Source: Podarcis bocagei (taxonomy: Eukaryota). Taken from it: DNA of 64,000 bases. Positions 13,501-26,400 of this stretch are shown in pieces (position 1 is the first letter of the stretch; each line of letters opens with the position of its first letter). The stretch lies in NCBI GenBank assembly GCA_964188305.1, contig OZ076886.1; one strand, given 5' to 3'. Position numbers and translations under genes: made by a program. Under the pieces are notes generated by a model, which saw only the letters and a list, made by a program, of their open reading frames with translations, searched no databases and was not told the DNA's origin.

Positions 13501-16204
13501 ATATGCCCCATAATCAACTTATCTTGACCTTATAAATAAAAAAAATTGTCCAGTAGCACCTTATAGATCAACTAAGTTTGTTCTGGGTACAAGCTTTTGT
13601 GTGCATGCACACTTCTTCAGATACTGTACACTGAAACAGAAGTCACCAGGCCCTTATACAGTATATAGTGGGAAGGTGGGGTGGTGTTTTGGTCATCTGC
13701 ATACTATCCCATGCTTTTTCCTGTAGGACTAATTGCAGTAGTTAACAGTCCTCAACAGGTTTACCATACCCATTGAGTCAATCACCCATCTCCTACTGCA
13801 CACAAAAGCTTATACCCAGAACAAACAAGCTGGTCTCTAAGGTGCTACTGGACAATTTATTTATTTATTTAGACTGCGTCAGACCAACATGGCTACCCAC
13901 CTGAATCTTATCTCAACCTTGTTTGCAGTTGATGCTACTGGTGAACATCTGTGCCTCCTCTTTCCAAAGGATTATATTTTCGCCTAGGCCTAGACTTTCC
14001 ACAACCATAGAAATTCAGCCTGTGCTATCTAGAGCCAGTTTAGCCTGACCTCCATCCTTGTGGCGATAAGTCAGTTCAGTTAATCTCAGTCAGAAGTTTG
14101 GTGACCACCATGACAAAATCTTCATGGTGCATTACAGTAGAGGACGTATTTCCATGTTTCCACAAATACAGTGTGATGTCCTGTAAACACGTGGTAGAAA
14201 ATCCAATTGATAGTGGTAAGACTTCCAAGAAAACATACAGAATATTGGGCTACAAAGCTGCTGGTGCAGAAATTTCTGACATAGCTCACTTTTGTAATTC
14301 CCTTCTGCTTCAAAACTGTCCATTTGAAATTTTTAATATGAATTTCTTTTTGTTGCAAAATTTTGAAGCGAGAGCATGAAGGCCCCAAAGCTCATGCACC
14401 TCAAGAGTAGAACTTGTCATTCAAATTCTTTAACATCCCTCTTTATTAATGCTGTGCAGTTGCTTGGTTTTTGATTATATGGTAATGACAGGAATTTTCT
14501 TCAGTTTTTCTTGTATATTTTTCTTCTTTGTGTCTCCTGCATATATTTCAGAGCTTAAAATACTGTACTTTTTAACTACTTATTGTGTTTATGAACCTAG
14601 AAACCTTCTCTTGTTGCTTTTCTGCAACACGGTTTGCTTGAGAATTGACCTTGACATGGCCTTTTGCCTCTAACACAGGTGCTTTTATTTGGTAATACAT
14701 TGCACTTGGATGTGTAATTCCTTCCAGTTTGAAAATAGCACAGTTTTAGACGACTTTGCTTCTACTGTATGTTGGACTAAAAATGGAGGCTGCAGTTTTC
14801 ATTGTATCTGCTTTGTGCGAAATTAATGGGAATAACCTCATAGTACAGATGAAGAAACACTTTTAGCATTAGACAGTGGCTCCTAAAATGCATTACTCTC
14901 ACCTTGATATGAAGCTCAGTAACATTTAGCATAACCCTTTTCACTAAAATGTAATGGCACAACCCTTTTTAACTTATATTTCAATACTTATTCTGTAAAA
15001 AAACCTTCATCCTAACTGTATATCATCTTGGCTGTCTGGTGGATTTCTTTTTTTCACTTTCTCTGGCTTGTTCATGCTTCATAAAGGACTGCAAATTTGG
15101 CTGCTTCCAAGCTGACAGGTCCTTCCTCACAGGGTAAAGGCAGTGTTGTCGATGACAGAAATGCTGCTAATAAATATTATCGGTGAGTACTTATCTTTGG
15201 ATGTTATTCAGTTCATCCACTTTTTATAATAGATTATGTTGGTTGTTTTCCTCCAATCTCTAAATCAAAACAGTCCATTTCATAGAATCATAGAATCATA
15301 GAGTTGGAAGAGACCACAAGGGCCATCGAGTCCAACCCCCTGCCAAGCAGGAAACTTACATGGGGAAGAAAATTTTAAAAATTAAAAATAAGTAATGAGC
15401 TTGTTTGGTTCCTGGAAATATTGCAGCAACCTCTTTGTTTTCCTAAAATCGAATTACGTAGAATAGTTCTGTAGATGAAAATACTCAGTTGCCAAAATAT
15501 ACTTCCACAAGTCAAAACAAGAAAGAGTTTTGTGACTCCTTAAAAGTGTAGCAAAATATACCATGCCATAAACTTTCATGGACTAGCACCCAATTCATCA
15601 AATACATATAGTGTAATCCTCAGGTGTGTGTGTGTACATGTGTGCGCACGCACACACACACACACACACACTAGTGGTAGTGGTTGTAAGCAGCGAAGGA
15701 GAGTACAGTGAAATGCAAAAAGAACTCTCAGTGACAAATTCATTTAAAGCAAGGATGGGGAACCTGTTTCTCTCCAGATGTTTCTGAACTACAACTCCCA
15801 TCATGCCTGACCATAGACCATGCTGACTGAAGCTGATGGGAGTTAGAGGCCAACAACACCCAGAGAGCCAAAGGTTCCCCATCCCTGAATTAGAAGCAAA
15901 ATGTTTGTAAAATAAGTACAGTGACCCTTCTCAACAGGCAGTGATATTTGATGACCCAAGTGCATAAGAGCTTTGTTTTATCAGACCAGAGACCTTTCTA
16001 TTCCAGCATTCTGTCTCCCACAGTGACTAACCCATAAGCAGGACTTGGGGCAAAGAGCCCTTTCCTGATTTATTCTTAAGGAATTATTGTTTTATTTGTA
16101 TGCAACGTTAAGCAAATTTCTTTCTTCAATTAAACAAGATTTCATTATTTGGGTAAAACTCGTAGTAGAGAACCTTGGCAACTCAGCAGAGCCTAATAGT
16201 TTCA

Positions 16205-16259
<55 letters not shown>

Positions 16260-17362
16260 TGTGTGTATGTTTTCGAATGATTTTGAGCAGGGAGAGGGGG
16301 TTTCCTTTACATAATTTCATTTTATTTATTTTATTAGATTTATATACCACCCTTTGTCAAAAGATGTGGGGTTGGTTCACAAGATAAAGGCACAAATAAA
16401 TAGTATAAACAGAAGCAACAAAACAAGAACACCCCCAAACGCATTTCAAAGCCTGTAGAACATTAATTGGCCAAAGGCCTGGTTGAAGACGAATGTTTTC
16501 GCCTGGTGCCTAAAAATATATAATGAAGGTGCCAGGTGAGCCTCCCCGGGGAGAGCATTCCACAAACGGGGAGCCATTGCAGAAAAGGCCTGTTCTCCTG
16601 TTGCCCCCCTCCAGACCTCTCTGGGAGGAGGCATATGAAGAAGGGCCTCAGATGATGAACTCAGAGTCCAGGTTGGCTTATATGGGGAGAGGCACTCCTT
16701 GAGGTACTGCTGTCCTGGGCATTTAATGCCAATACAGTGGTACCTCGGGTTAAGTACTTAATTTGTTCTGGAGGTCCATTCTTAACCTGAAATTGTTCTT
16801 AACCTGAAGCACCACTTTAGCTAATGGGGCTTCCTGCTGCCGCCGCGCCGCCGGAGAATGATTTCTGTTCTCATCCTGAAACAAAGTACTTAACCTGAGG
16901 TACTATTTCTGCGTTAGCGGAGTCTGTAACCTGAAGCGTATGTAACCCGAGGTACCACTGTAGTATTGTTGTAAGACAGCAGCATTGCACATCTCAAACA
17001 TTTGAGTTTCAGAATATTTTCTTACATTAAATAATTCGTAAGTCACAGCGTATGGAATGTATAATAAGCTTGAGAAAACAGTGTATCAGCAAGACAGTTC
17101 TTCCCATATAAAGCGTTTCATTAAGTTGACATCTTACAAAGCTGCAGTCTTGTAATCTGCCTACTGCTGAGCCTAGTTCTGCAGCACGAATGCATGATAA
17201 TTAAAACTGCTTTACTAGTTTAATTATCAACTGCACTTTTAATCACAATTAAAATTAGCTTGAGTTTATTTTCAGAAGAACTCATGGGCGATAAATCTGA
17301 GAGATTAGCTGGAAGAAAGCTGGTTCATAAATTTAAATTCTGTCACCAAATTCATATAATGT

Positions 17363-17409
<47 letters not shown>

Positions 17410-20400
17410 TCTTCTATATGCTTATTTTTATTGTATCACTTAGATAAAAGTGTTTTAAATGTAGATTTATTCTTCCTCTCCCTAGGGAATTTTTCATTCA
17501 ATAGCTGTTTTGTTTTAAATTCACAGTAACAAAAGAGCTGTCCAAGGAGATCGTTTATCAGCAATAACCATGGCACTGCAATATGGATCTGAAAGCGATG
17601 AAGATGCTGTTTTGGCTGGTAGGTCAATATCTTTAGGAAAAGGTCATTTGTGGAGTTCCTAGCCCTCCTGTCCTTTCAGATTAAAATGGGTGACAACCTT
17701 TTAGGTTAGTATCTAATAAAAGTGCATGTTGGACAGCCCTCCACATGTTGTTGGACTAGAACTCCCATAATCCCTGACCATTAGTCATGCTGACTGGGGC
17801 TGATGGGAGATGTAGTTCAGTAACACGTGGAGGGCACTACATTGGCTGTCCCTAAACTACATTAATCCCAGGTCTATTTTGAACAATCTAGTGCATATTA
17901 AATTTAAATCTTACATTGCTTTGCAGGAAATACCTACGTTTAGACTTTCTCATCTCAGGAATGAGAGAGCACTTATTTAACCATGCCTCTTGTTCTCTTT
18001 AGAGTAAATATGCTAAACTATCCCCTCTCACCCAATTGTTCTGCTAGTGTCTCTGTGCCAGGGCCGGATTTAGGTTTGATGAGGCCCTAAGCTACTGAAG
18101 GTAATAGGGCCCTTTATAGGTCCAGCTGTCCTTTGTCAACAACAAATTGTCGCTGTCTTTTGTGTTGAATAGATGTGTTGAATATACGGTAATTTATGGA
18201 CCTAATAGGTATCTAAAGCCATTTGCACATAACAAAGTATGTATTTTTATCAAAGTAATTGTTGAAAAGTCCATGCAGAATGTAGACACCCTATATATAT
18301 AGAAATGAGCAAACCAGTGATAGTTTAGGGAGCAGGCTACAGGCAGGGCCCATTACTTACATCATAGGAGCTTACACAACACAATACACTGTTGCTGTAT
18401 GTGGATTTTATTTTATTTGTTTTTTATCTTATATATTGGAAATGTACATCCAGGTTTTTTTTCTTTACATTTTTTTGGGCCCCTCAAGAGAGTGGGGCCC
18501 TAAACGATAGCTTGTTTAGCTTATACGTAAATCCAGCACTGCTCTGTACTGACTCTTTTCATTCTTCTTTGTCAGTTTCATAATTTTGGTTCCTGTATTT
18601 CAGCTTTATGGAGCTGAGAGGTATATAATTTTCACAGAACGTAGCACAAAAATAACTCCTCCCTAATTTGCTTATATTATTGATATTCCCATATCGATGG
18701 TCAGTGGCTGTTTATATTTTGCTTCTCTTATGGCCATAGCCTTTTCTTCCACATGAGTTTATGTTTTTTAATTTTGATTAGGGCCAGCAAAGACAAATGT
18801 GGGTAATGTGGCAGGTGCTTTTTGCATTTCTTTCATCATGGTTTCCTGCCTGGTTTCTTGAAGCTGCCACATTCGTAGATTTAAGGTTGTTTCCACATTT
18901 CCTGGATTTGCCTGTATTGGTCCTTTAATGTCCAATCCTACCTGTAGATAGTGAATGAATAAGTAACTACCTGATCCTTCCAGCCAACTGCAGATAAAAT
19001 TGTTTTGAAGCTGGAGAATCAGCAGCAGATATCATAGAAAACTTGTAAGGTCTCAGTCTCTTATTAGAACTATGAAACCAGCCAGGTAGCAGAAAGTAGT
19101 TGCATTCTTCTTTGAACGATCCAGTATTACCTCATTTACTATTTAAAACAGATAAAATGATGCTGAAATTGTGTAATTGTTTCTCCCCGTTTCTAGCTGC
19201 TGCCCGTTATGAAGAAGGGGAGTCTGAAGCCGAGAGCATAACTTCATTTATGGATACTTCCAACCCTCTCTATCAGCTTTATGATATAGTTAGGAACTGC
19301 AGGAACAACCAGGGTCAGCTCATATCAGAACCCTTTTTTCATTTGCCTTCGAAGAAAAAGTATCCTGACTATTACCAACAAATCAAAATGCCTATTTCAT
19401 TGCAGCAAATCAGGTAAAACTGGTGCGGCATAATGTTTGATGGTTTCAAATACAGCTTATTTACCAGTCTTAAACCATGAGTCAGCTCTTCTAATGACTG
19501 TACTGTATTTGATAGATTGTATGATTTTACCTAAATCCTATATGTGTGTATGTACAAGATTTTAAGCTCCTTGTTTTAGCAGTTGAGAGTGAAGAGTCTC
19601 TTTACATATTAAACCCTTGGAATGCCAGCATAATATCATATATAAGCTTTAAGGTGATCCAAATAAAGGTAGATGATTAATTCATCAGTAATCACATTAC
19701 CCTTCTTTCACTTTAGTCTTAATTATGCTTTAATCTACATATGAACGATTGAGATTTGATAAACCGAAATATCTCTAGAAGTACAATTCACCAGATTCTT
19801 TTTCTAATACATTTGTTCATGTTTGATCACAGTAAGGATCTGACTGTTTATTTTCAAGTAAAGCTCTAGTGTTCACATATGGTTAACATGCCCATTCTTT
19901 AGTTTTCATGAGACGTTCAGAGCAAGCATGTGAAGAGGGCAGCGGGGTTGTGAATAGGGCTGGACGATACCAGCTTTTCAACATCGCAGTGTATCACCAA
20001 CCAAACATTGTGATAGAGTGAAACATTGCAATGTTGAAAAGTGGAGGGAGGAACAAGCCTCATCAGGCCCTGTCCCACGAGGTGCCGGGGTGAAACCAGC
20101 GCCGCTCACTCAGGGGCAGCGGTGGTTTCACCCATGATATACCACTGGGGGAAGGCGCCATCATGCTTTGGACCTCAAACCAGTCCAGGGTGATGTGTTG
20201 ATAGATTGCCCAGGCCTAGTTGTGAACCATGGTCAAGTGATCTCAGCTAGAAGTCTCAGTGTGATCTGAAACCCTGCACTGTCCGGTTCCTGATCACCCT
20301 AAGTTTTCTAAGCATACGCCTCCAAAATATACTTGGGAAGATTGGGGCTAAACATCCAGGATGGGAGCATGAGAGGCAGGGGCAGTGTGTACATCCTCAT

Positions 20401-23400
20401 GACAGGTTGTTCCCTCACCCCCATGCAGGGCATTTAAAATCACATTTCAAGCCTTCTAGTGTCATGAGAGATGTTCCTGTATCTTGATTTTGTCATGTGC
20501 TTGGGAAACATTAGAATTATTTCTTTTTCTTTTCTAACTCCTCTGGCACTAGCTGAGGAGGGAAGGGGGGGGGGACTGGGGAGGATATTAATTCAGCACT
20601 TTTAAGTTAGTAGATTATGTTTTATTAAAAAAGTAACAGGAATTGTTGCACCAGTGAAATGGGACTGATTATCTCTTCTACAGAACAAAACTAAAGAACC
20701 ATGAATATGAAACTCTGGACCATTTGGAATGCGATTTAAACTTGATGTTTGAAAATGCCAAACGTTATAATGTCCCAAATTCTGCCATTTACAAGAGAGT
20801 ACTGAAAATGCAGCAGGTTATGCAGGTAAAACTTCACACTCAAATAGCTACGTCTCGGGGGTTATTTTTGTAGGAGCTAGCATTTGCTGCATTTATATCT
20901 GCATTGGCACACTGCTGTGATAGTAATTCTTCTTGGTGCTATTTCTGTGTTTAAACTCTAAGCATTATTCTATATGTTTCCGAATGAGAGTTTTTAACTG
21001 ATAGCCATATGGCTGGAAATACAAATGAATATTCTGGATGAGAAATGAATCATGCTAAACTAATTTTCTGCACTGGTAATCTGAAATCAGGTTTTTGAAG
21101 AAGACATTGTATACAGCTTTCAAGATATATGTATTAAGAGTAACTGATAGCTAGTAAGACATTTTGCAATAGAAGCTTAGATGGAAGGCTTGCTGTTCTG
21201 GAATAAGCTTGATTATTTAGATATTCTGTGTACAGTATTTAATGTTTTGCTTTATACATGTAACTTGAATGGCTGGAAAAAATCTTATTGCTTTCTATTG
21301 ATGCTACTACTATATTACTGCATTTCAGAATGAACATTATCTCTGGAGCTGTTAAATATTCATGCATTCAGGGGACATTCAGTGGATTGAATTTAACTCT
21401 AGGGATTTGTTTTCTTCCAGGCAAAGAAGAAGGAGCTAGCCAGAAGAGATGATATCGAGGATGGAGACAGTATGATCTCTTCTGCAACATCTGATGCTGG
21501 AAGTTCAAAAAGAAAAAGGTATGCATTTGCTGTTAATAATAATTAGTAATTATTTGATTTAATCTTCAGTTATTTAAAGCCAGTTATGAGCTGTGTCTTT
21601 GTTGACAAGGTGATCTATCAAATATGTAAATATACAGTTTGCCAAAAAATAATAATATTATACCCTGGTCCATATGCTGAGGTGATAAGAAATTTTAAAT
21701 GTGATATTTGACATAGGTATTTTATCTAAATATTCCTATTTTCTGTTAAAAGGTACAATACCATATAGATGGATAAGGCTGCAATCAATCATATGCACTT
21801 AGCTGGGAATATGCCCCATTGAACACAGTTCTTACTTTCAAGTAAACTGTTAAATCAGAAAGAAAGGTGTACCTATTAAGGGGTTAGGGTGTGGTTGGAA
21901 AATTCTTTACTTGATTGTTCAGGAAACCTCTAAATGTTGGGATCCTTTGAAGACCCTAGGAGGTGGGACGGGAGGCTTCATATTTCCATTTTACTCTCTT
22001 TTCAGATAATACTGGGAAAGGTTCTCTGAATAATATGACTGTGAATGCAACATCACAGTTCACTTTTGAGATTAGTTTCACCACCATTGCTTTGACTTTG
22101 TTAGCTTAGCAGTTCCTTATACCCAGTGCTTCTTTTTCTGGGGGGACGCAGGGGGACGCATAACCCTAAACATTTTGTGAATCTAAGTTTGGCCACATTG
22201 AAGGGCAGTATTTCAATATGAGTAGGAAAATGAGAGTGCCCCTTAACATTTTCTTTAGAAAAAAAGCACTGCTTATACCAGATCATTGTGCTTGAGGGAG
22301 GGAGAGGAAATTCATTATATTAAATCAGGCTTCCTCAACCTCGGCTCTCCAGATGTTTTTGGCCTACAACTCTCATGATCCCTAGCTAGCAGGACCAGTG
22401 GTCAGGGATGAGGGGAACTGTAGTCTCAAAACATCTGGAGGGCTGAGGAAGCCTGTATTAAATCTTTCAGAGCATGATTTTTAAAAGTGTTCAATATTAA
22501 TCTTTGCAGTATTAACAGTTTTTCTATTTGTAGCACCAACCAGCCTGGTACCTGGGTGGTCATGAAGCAGAGAAATTGTAACTCGCCCACCTCATCACTT
22601 GTGCCCTCCCCGCTTGCCATAACCCCTTTTAAAGGAGAGGAGAGCTTCAGAGATTGCTCTGCGAAACCTCACTGCAGTCATCTATAACCAGGGGGGAGGC
22701 AGGCACTTCACAGAGTGATTTAGGAAACCTCTCCGTGAAGTGCCTCTCCCCCATGTTACATCTTGCTGCCACTCCTTTTAAGAGAGCAGTGGTCTGTTTC
22801 ACAGCAGCAGTGATCAACGAGAAGGCGGTGGCACTCATCTGACCTCCTGTCGCCTGTGTCACTGCTGCTTACTGCGAGGTGGAAGGGTGATGTTGACGTT
22901 GTGCAAGCGCTCTTGTGCAACCAATCCCGTGCTCCTGTTTGCGCTGCGCTGACCTTGCACTTTCCCCTCTACCTCCCAGTGAATAGGAGGTCATGTGAGT
23001 GTCACCAGCTGCCTCTGCGTAATGGCTTGGAGCCAGGCTGCTTGAAGGAACACCTTTCCCCAGGTATTCCCACCAAGGCTTTTAAGATCTTCATCTGATA
23101 CCTTTCTCCAGGTTCCCCTGCTTAATGTGGTAATGCAGGCGTCTGCCGGGGAGAGGGCCTTTTCAGTGGTGGCACTTCATATATTCCATGCCCTCCCCAA
23201 AGACACTTGCCTGGTGGCTGTGCACTTGGTGAAAAGCTTCCTGTCCCTCCCTCCCACCAATACCTTTATAATAGCCTTTTAATGGTAGTTTTGGTGGTAA
23301 TTTAGCTCTCTCAGTCAAGTTGCCCCTTCGGGCTTTGTGCTGGTGTAAAGTTTAAGCTGTTGTTCTATACCAGGCATGTCCAACCAGTAGATCACAACCT

Positions 23401-26400
23401 ATCAGTAGATCCTCAGCTGATCCTGGTAGATCATGGGACCCTTATCGATCGTGGGATTAAATAAAGTTTACCAAAAGCTACCAAATAAAAGCTGAAGAGC
23501 TCTGTGCAATTCTATCCCAAAAAAGCTCCACAACTCTGGGCAATCCACCCACCTCACGCATGCTCCTCCTCCCCCAATGACAAAGGGTAGATCACTGCCA
23601 GTTTTTTTATACTGGGAGTAGATCGCAGTCTCTTGGGAGTTGGATGTGCCTGTTCTATACAGTTTTAAATGTTTTGTAATGGATTGTTGTTGGTATTATT
23701 GGATTTCTTCTTATTATTATTATTAGTAAACTTCATTCAGTTTTGAATCTAAGAGGCTGTGAACCCCTAGAGAACATTGGTGGTAAAATTAATAAATAAG
23801 TATTCCCTCCCCCCCTTTCAAATCTAACAGCAAAAAGAACATAAAGAAGCAGCGAATGAAAATTTTGTACAATGTTGTTCTTGAGGCACGAGAGCCTGGC
23901 ACTGGCCGAAGACTTTGTGAGCTGTTCATGGTGAAACCTTCCAAAAAAGACTATCCAGATTATTACAAAATCATCTTGGAGCCAATGGATTTAAAAACAA
24001 TAGAGCACAATATCCGCAGTGACAAGTACGTCGGGGAAGAGTCTATGATAGAAGATATGAGGTTAATGTTTCGAAACGCAAGGCATTATAATGAAGAAGG
24101 CTCACAGGTACGTTCTCAAGAAAGTTCAAACCAGATTTGTATAGCTGTCACTCATGCATTCCTCTGCTTATGCTGATATTTCATTAAATGAATTTCACAG
24201 TACTGTATGTTTTGGATTTCTAAAAGTATGAGCTGTTTATATGCATGCTCCTTGCTTACCTTGTAGAATATGTCCATCTCCACATACAAAAGAGCAAAAA
24301 TGAATATCTGTCCTTAGCCTTTGGGTGAAGCAGCCTCCAAATATTATTCAGACTCACCTTTGGGTGGCAAAGGAAATCATAGAAAACATATCATGATCAA
24401 CATGAGACCTTGAGATGGAGTGGATTATGAGTCCAGAGAAATGCCTTTGCATAATTTGCGAACTATCAGTTAGTGGTTTCCATATTGTGGGTTGGAGATA
24501 TTTTGTGTGTAGTTTTGCCAGGATGCTAAACAATCTTGACAAAGTGGAGCACCAGGAGCTAATAAAATAACTTCTTATACTGATGAACTAGCAATACTGG
24601 GACCTGGCATGCCAGAGATAAACTCTTCCCTGCCTTTGCATATATAACCTTATAGTTAATCCATGGAGCTTCCCCTGCCTTGAAGAGAGGCGTGTGGAAG
24701 AGAGGGTTGTGCCCCACTTAGGTGGCTCATTACATATTCCGGAATCCAGTGCATTTATGGATGACCTTCTGCCTAATGGCAAAGATGGCCCTGTTCCTAC
24801 ATCTTGTTTGTGCAGGGATAGAGCTTTCCCTGCTGCTATGTGAATGTTGTAGCTCATTCTAGGTAGGCGCTTTGGGTCATGTTAACAAGATTACCAAATG
24901 CACTTCCTCATTCTTAATTAGAACAAAAAGTAAAATCCTAATAGCCATTTGCTGTTTGTTATTTATAAATATTTTCATGATGAATAGGTTTACAATGATG
25001 CTCATATCTTGGAGAAGATTCTTAAAGAAAAGAGGAAAGAGCTGGGACCTCTGCTTGAAGATGATGAGGTTGCTTCCCCTAAATTGAAATTAAGTAAGGA
25101 ACTGTTGTAAATTCCCAAGCCTGATAAATGAAATATAAAATGTTAACAGATTGCAGTCTTATTAAGCTGAGTAGTTTGCAACATTTCATCTGCTTCTGAA
25201 ATACAGACTGAATTTGCCAAAATATTTTTTAGATTTTAAAATATAATGGAGTCCTGAGCAAAGGTGTCCTAAACTGAACTGTCTCAGAGCATTTATGCCA
25301 AGAAAGAGACAGTCTGCCCTGAATAGGGTAGAAGTGTTCAAGCACTGTTCTAAGCTTTTGTAACATGAGAAACAGTAAAAGCTGAAATGTTGTTAGATTT
25401 GGGGAACAGCATGAGAAGTTAATATATATTCCCCACATATGCCTCTTGCAACATACCTTTCTTCTTTTTCTCCCCAGTTTCTAGATTGGTACTGAGCCAT
25501 GTGATATTAATAGATGTAAAGTACTTTGTGATCCTCAGCAAAAGTTGCTGCAGAAATATCATGTTGTTTTCTAAAAACAACAACAACACAGAACTAGCAA
25601 TAGAGTAATGGCCCTTACCATTACCACTAAAGGAGCACTGATTTTATACAGGAAGGTTTTCATTTTGTATTTTTGCACAGTGCAAGGCCCAAATCATTCT
25701 GTTTTATTACTCCACTGCTGGAGATCATATGGTCGGTGGGGTTATTTTTTGCAGATTTTTTGTGTGCTTCCTTGTTTTAAGAGGCAAACTGTATATCAAA
25801 GAAAAAAGAACCGCGAATGCTTAGCATACTATGTATTGTTGACTATGGGTTGTAAGAATAGTAAGAAGTATAGAAGCATCTAAGACCAGCACATATACAG
25901 TGTTTGAAACTGAGATATGAAAGCTAGGAGCTGAATGGTACCTTAAACCTAGGTTATGGGTGCAAAAACGGAATGTCTAGGCACGCTTTTTTAATAACAA
26001 GAACGCAAAGCTGAAAATGAATGAACTGCAGCTTAAATATTATGTTCATTTTTCACATATTCTTCCCTTGCCCACCCCTAATATTCTTAAGAGGGTTTCT
26101 TCTCCAGTCTTCAGAGTAGCTGGAAGTGGGGAGGCAGAAAAAGGTCTTCCTTTCCTTCCACTCTGCAGTTTTAATATGAAATCTTAAGCGCAGTACTGCA
26201 CTCAGAGCTCAGAAACTGCTTGCGCTAATGAAATTCCCTGTCACAAAATACACCTAAAACAATGGGAGTTTCGAACACTGCACATGTACTGTAAACCACT
26301 ATTACCGTAACCTCTTGCAATTGGTAGCCCTGTTAGCTTCTGGGGCTGTTTTGCTAAAAACTTTAATGGTTTTGCTGTGCAAGATGTTTATTCTGGGATT

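Noticed and set aside
15624-15671. Alternating purine-pyrimidine quasi-palindrome (Z-DNA potential)
   Set aside because: Ordinary (GT)n/(CA)n microsatellite junction with no supporting context
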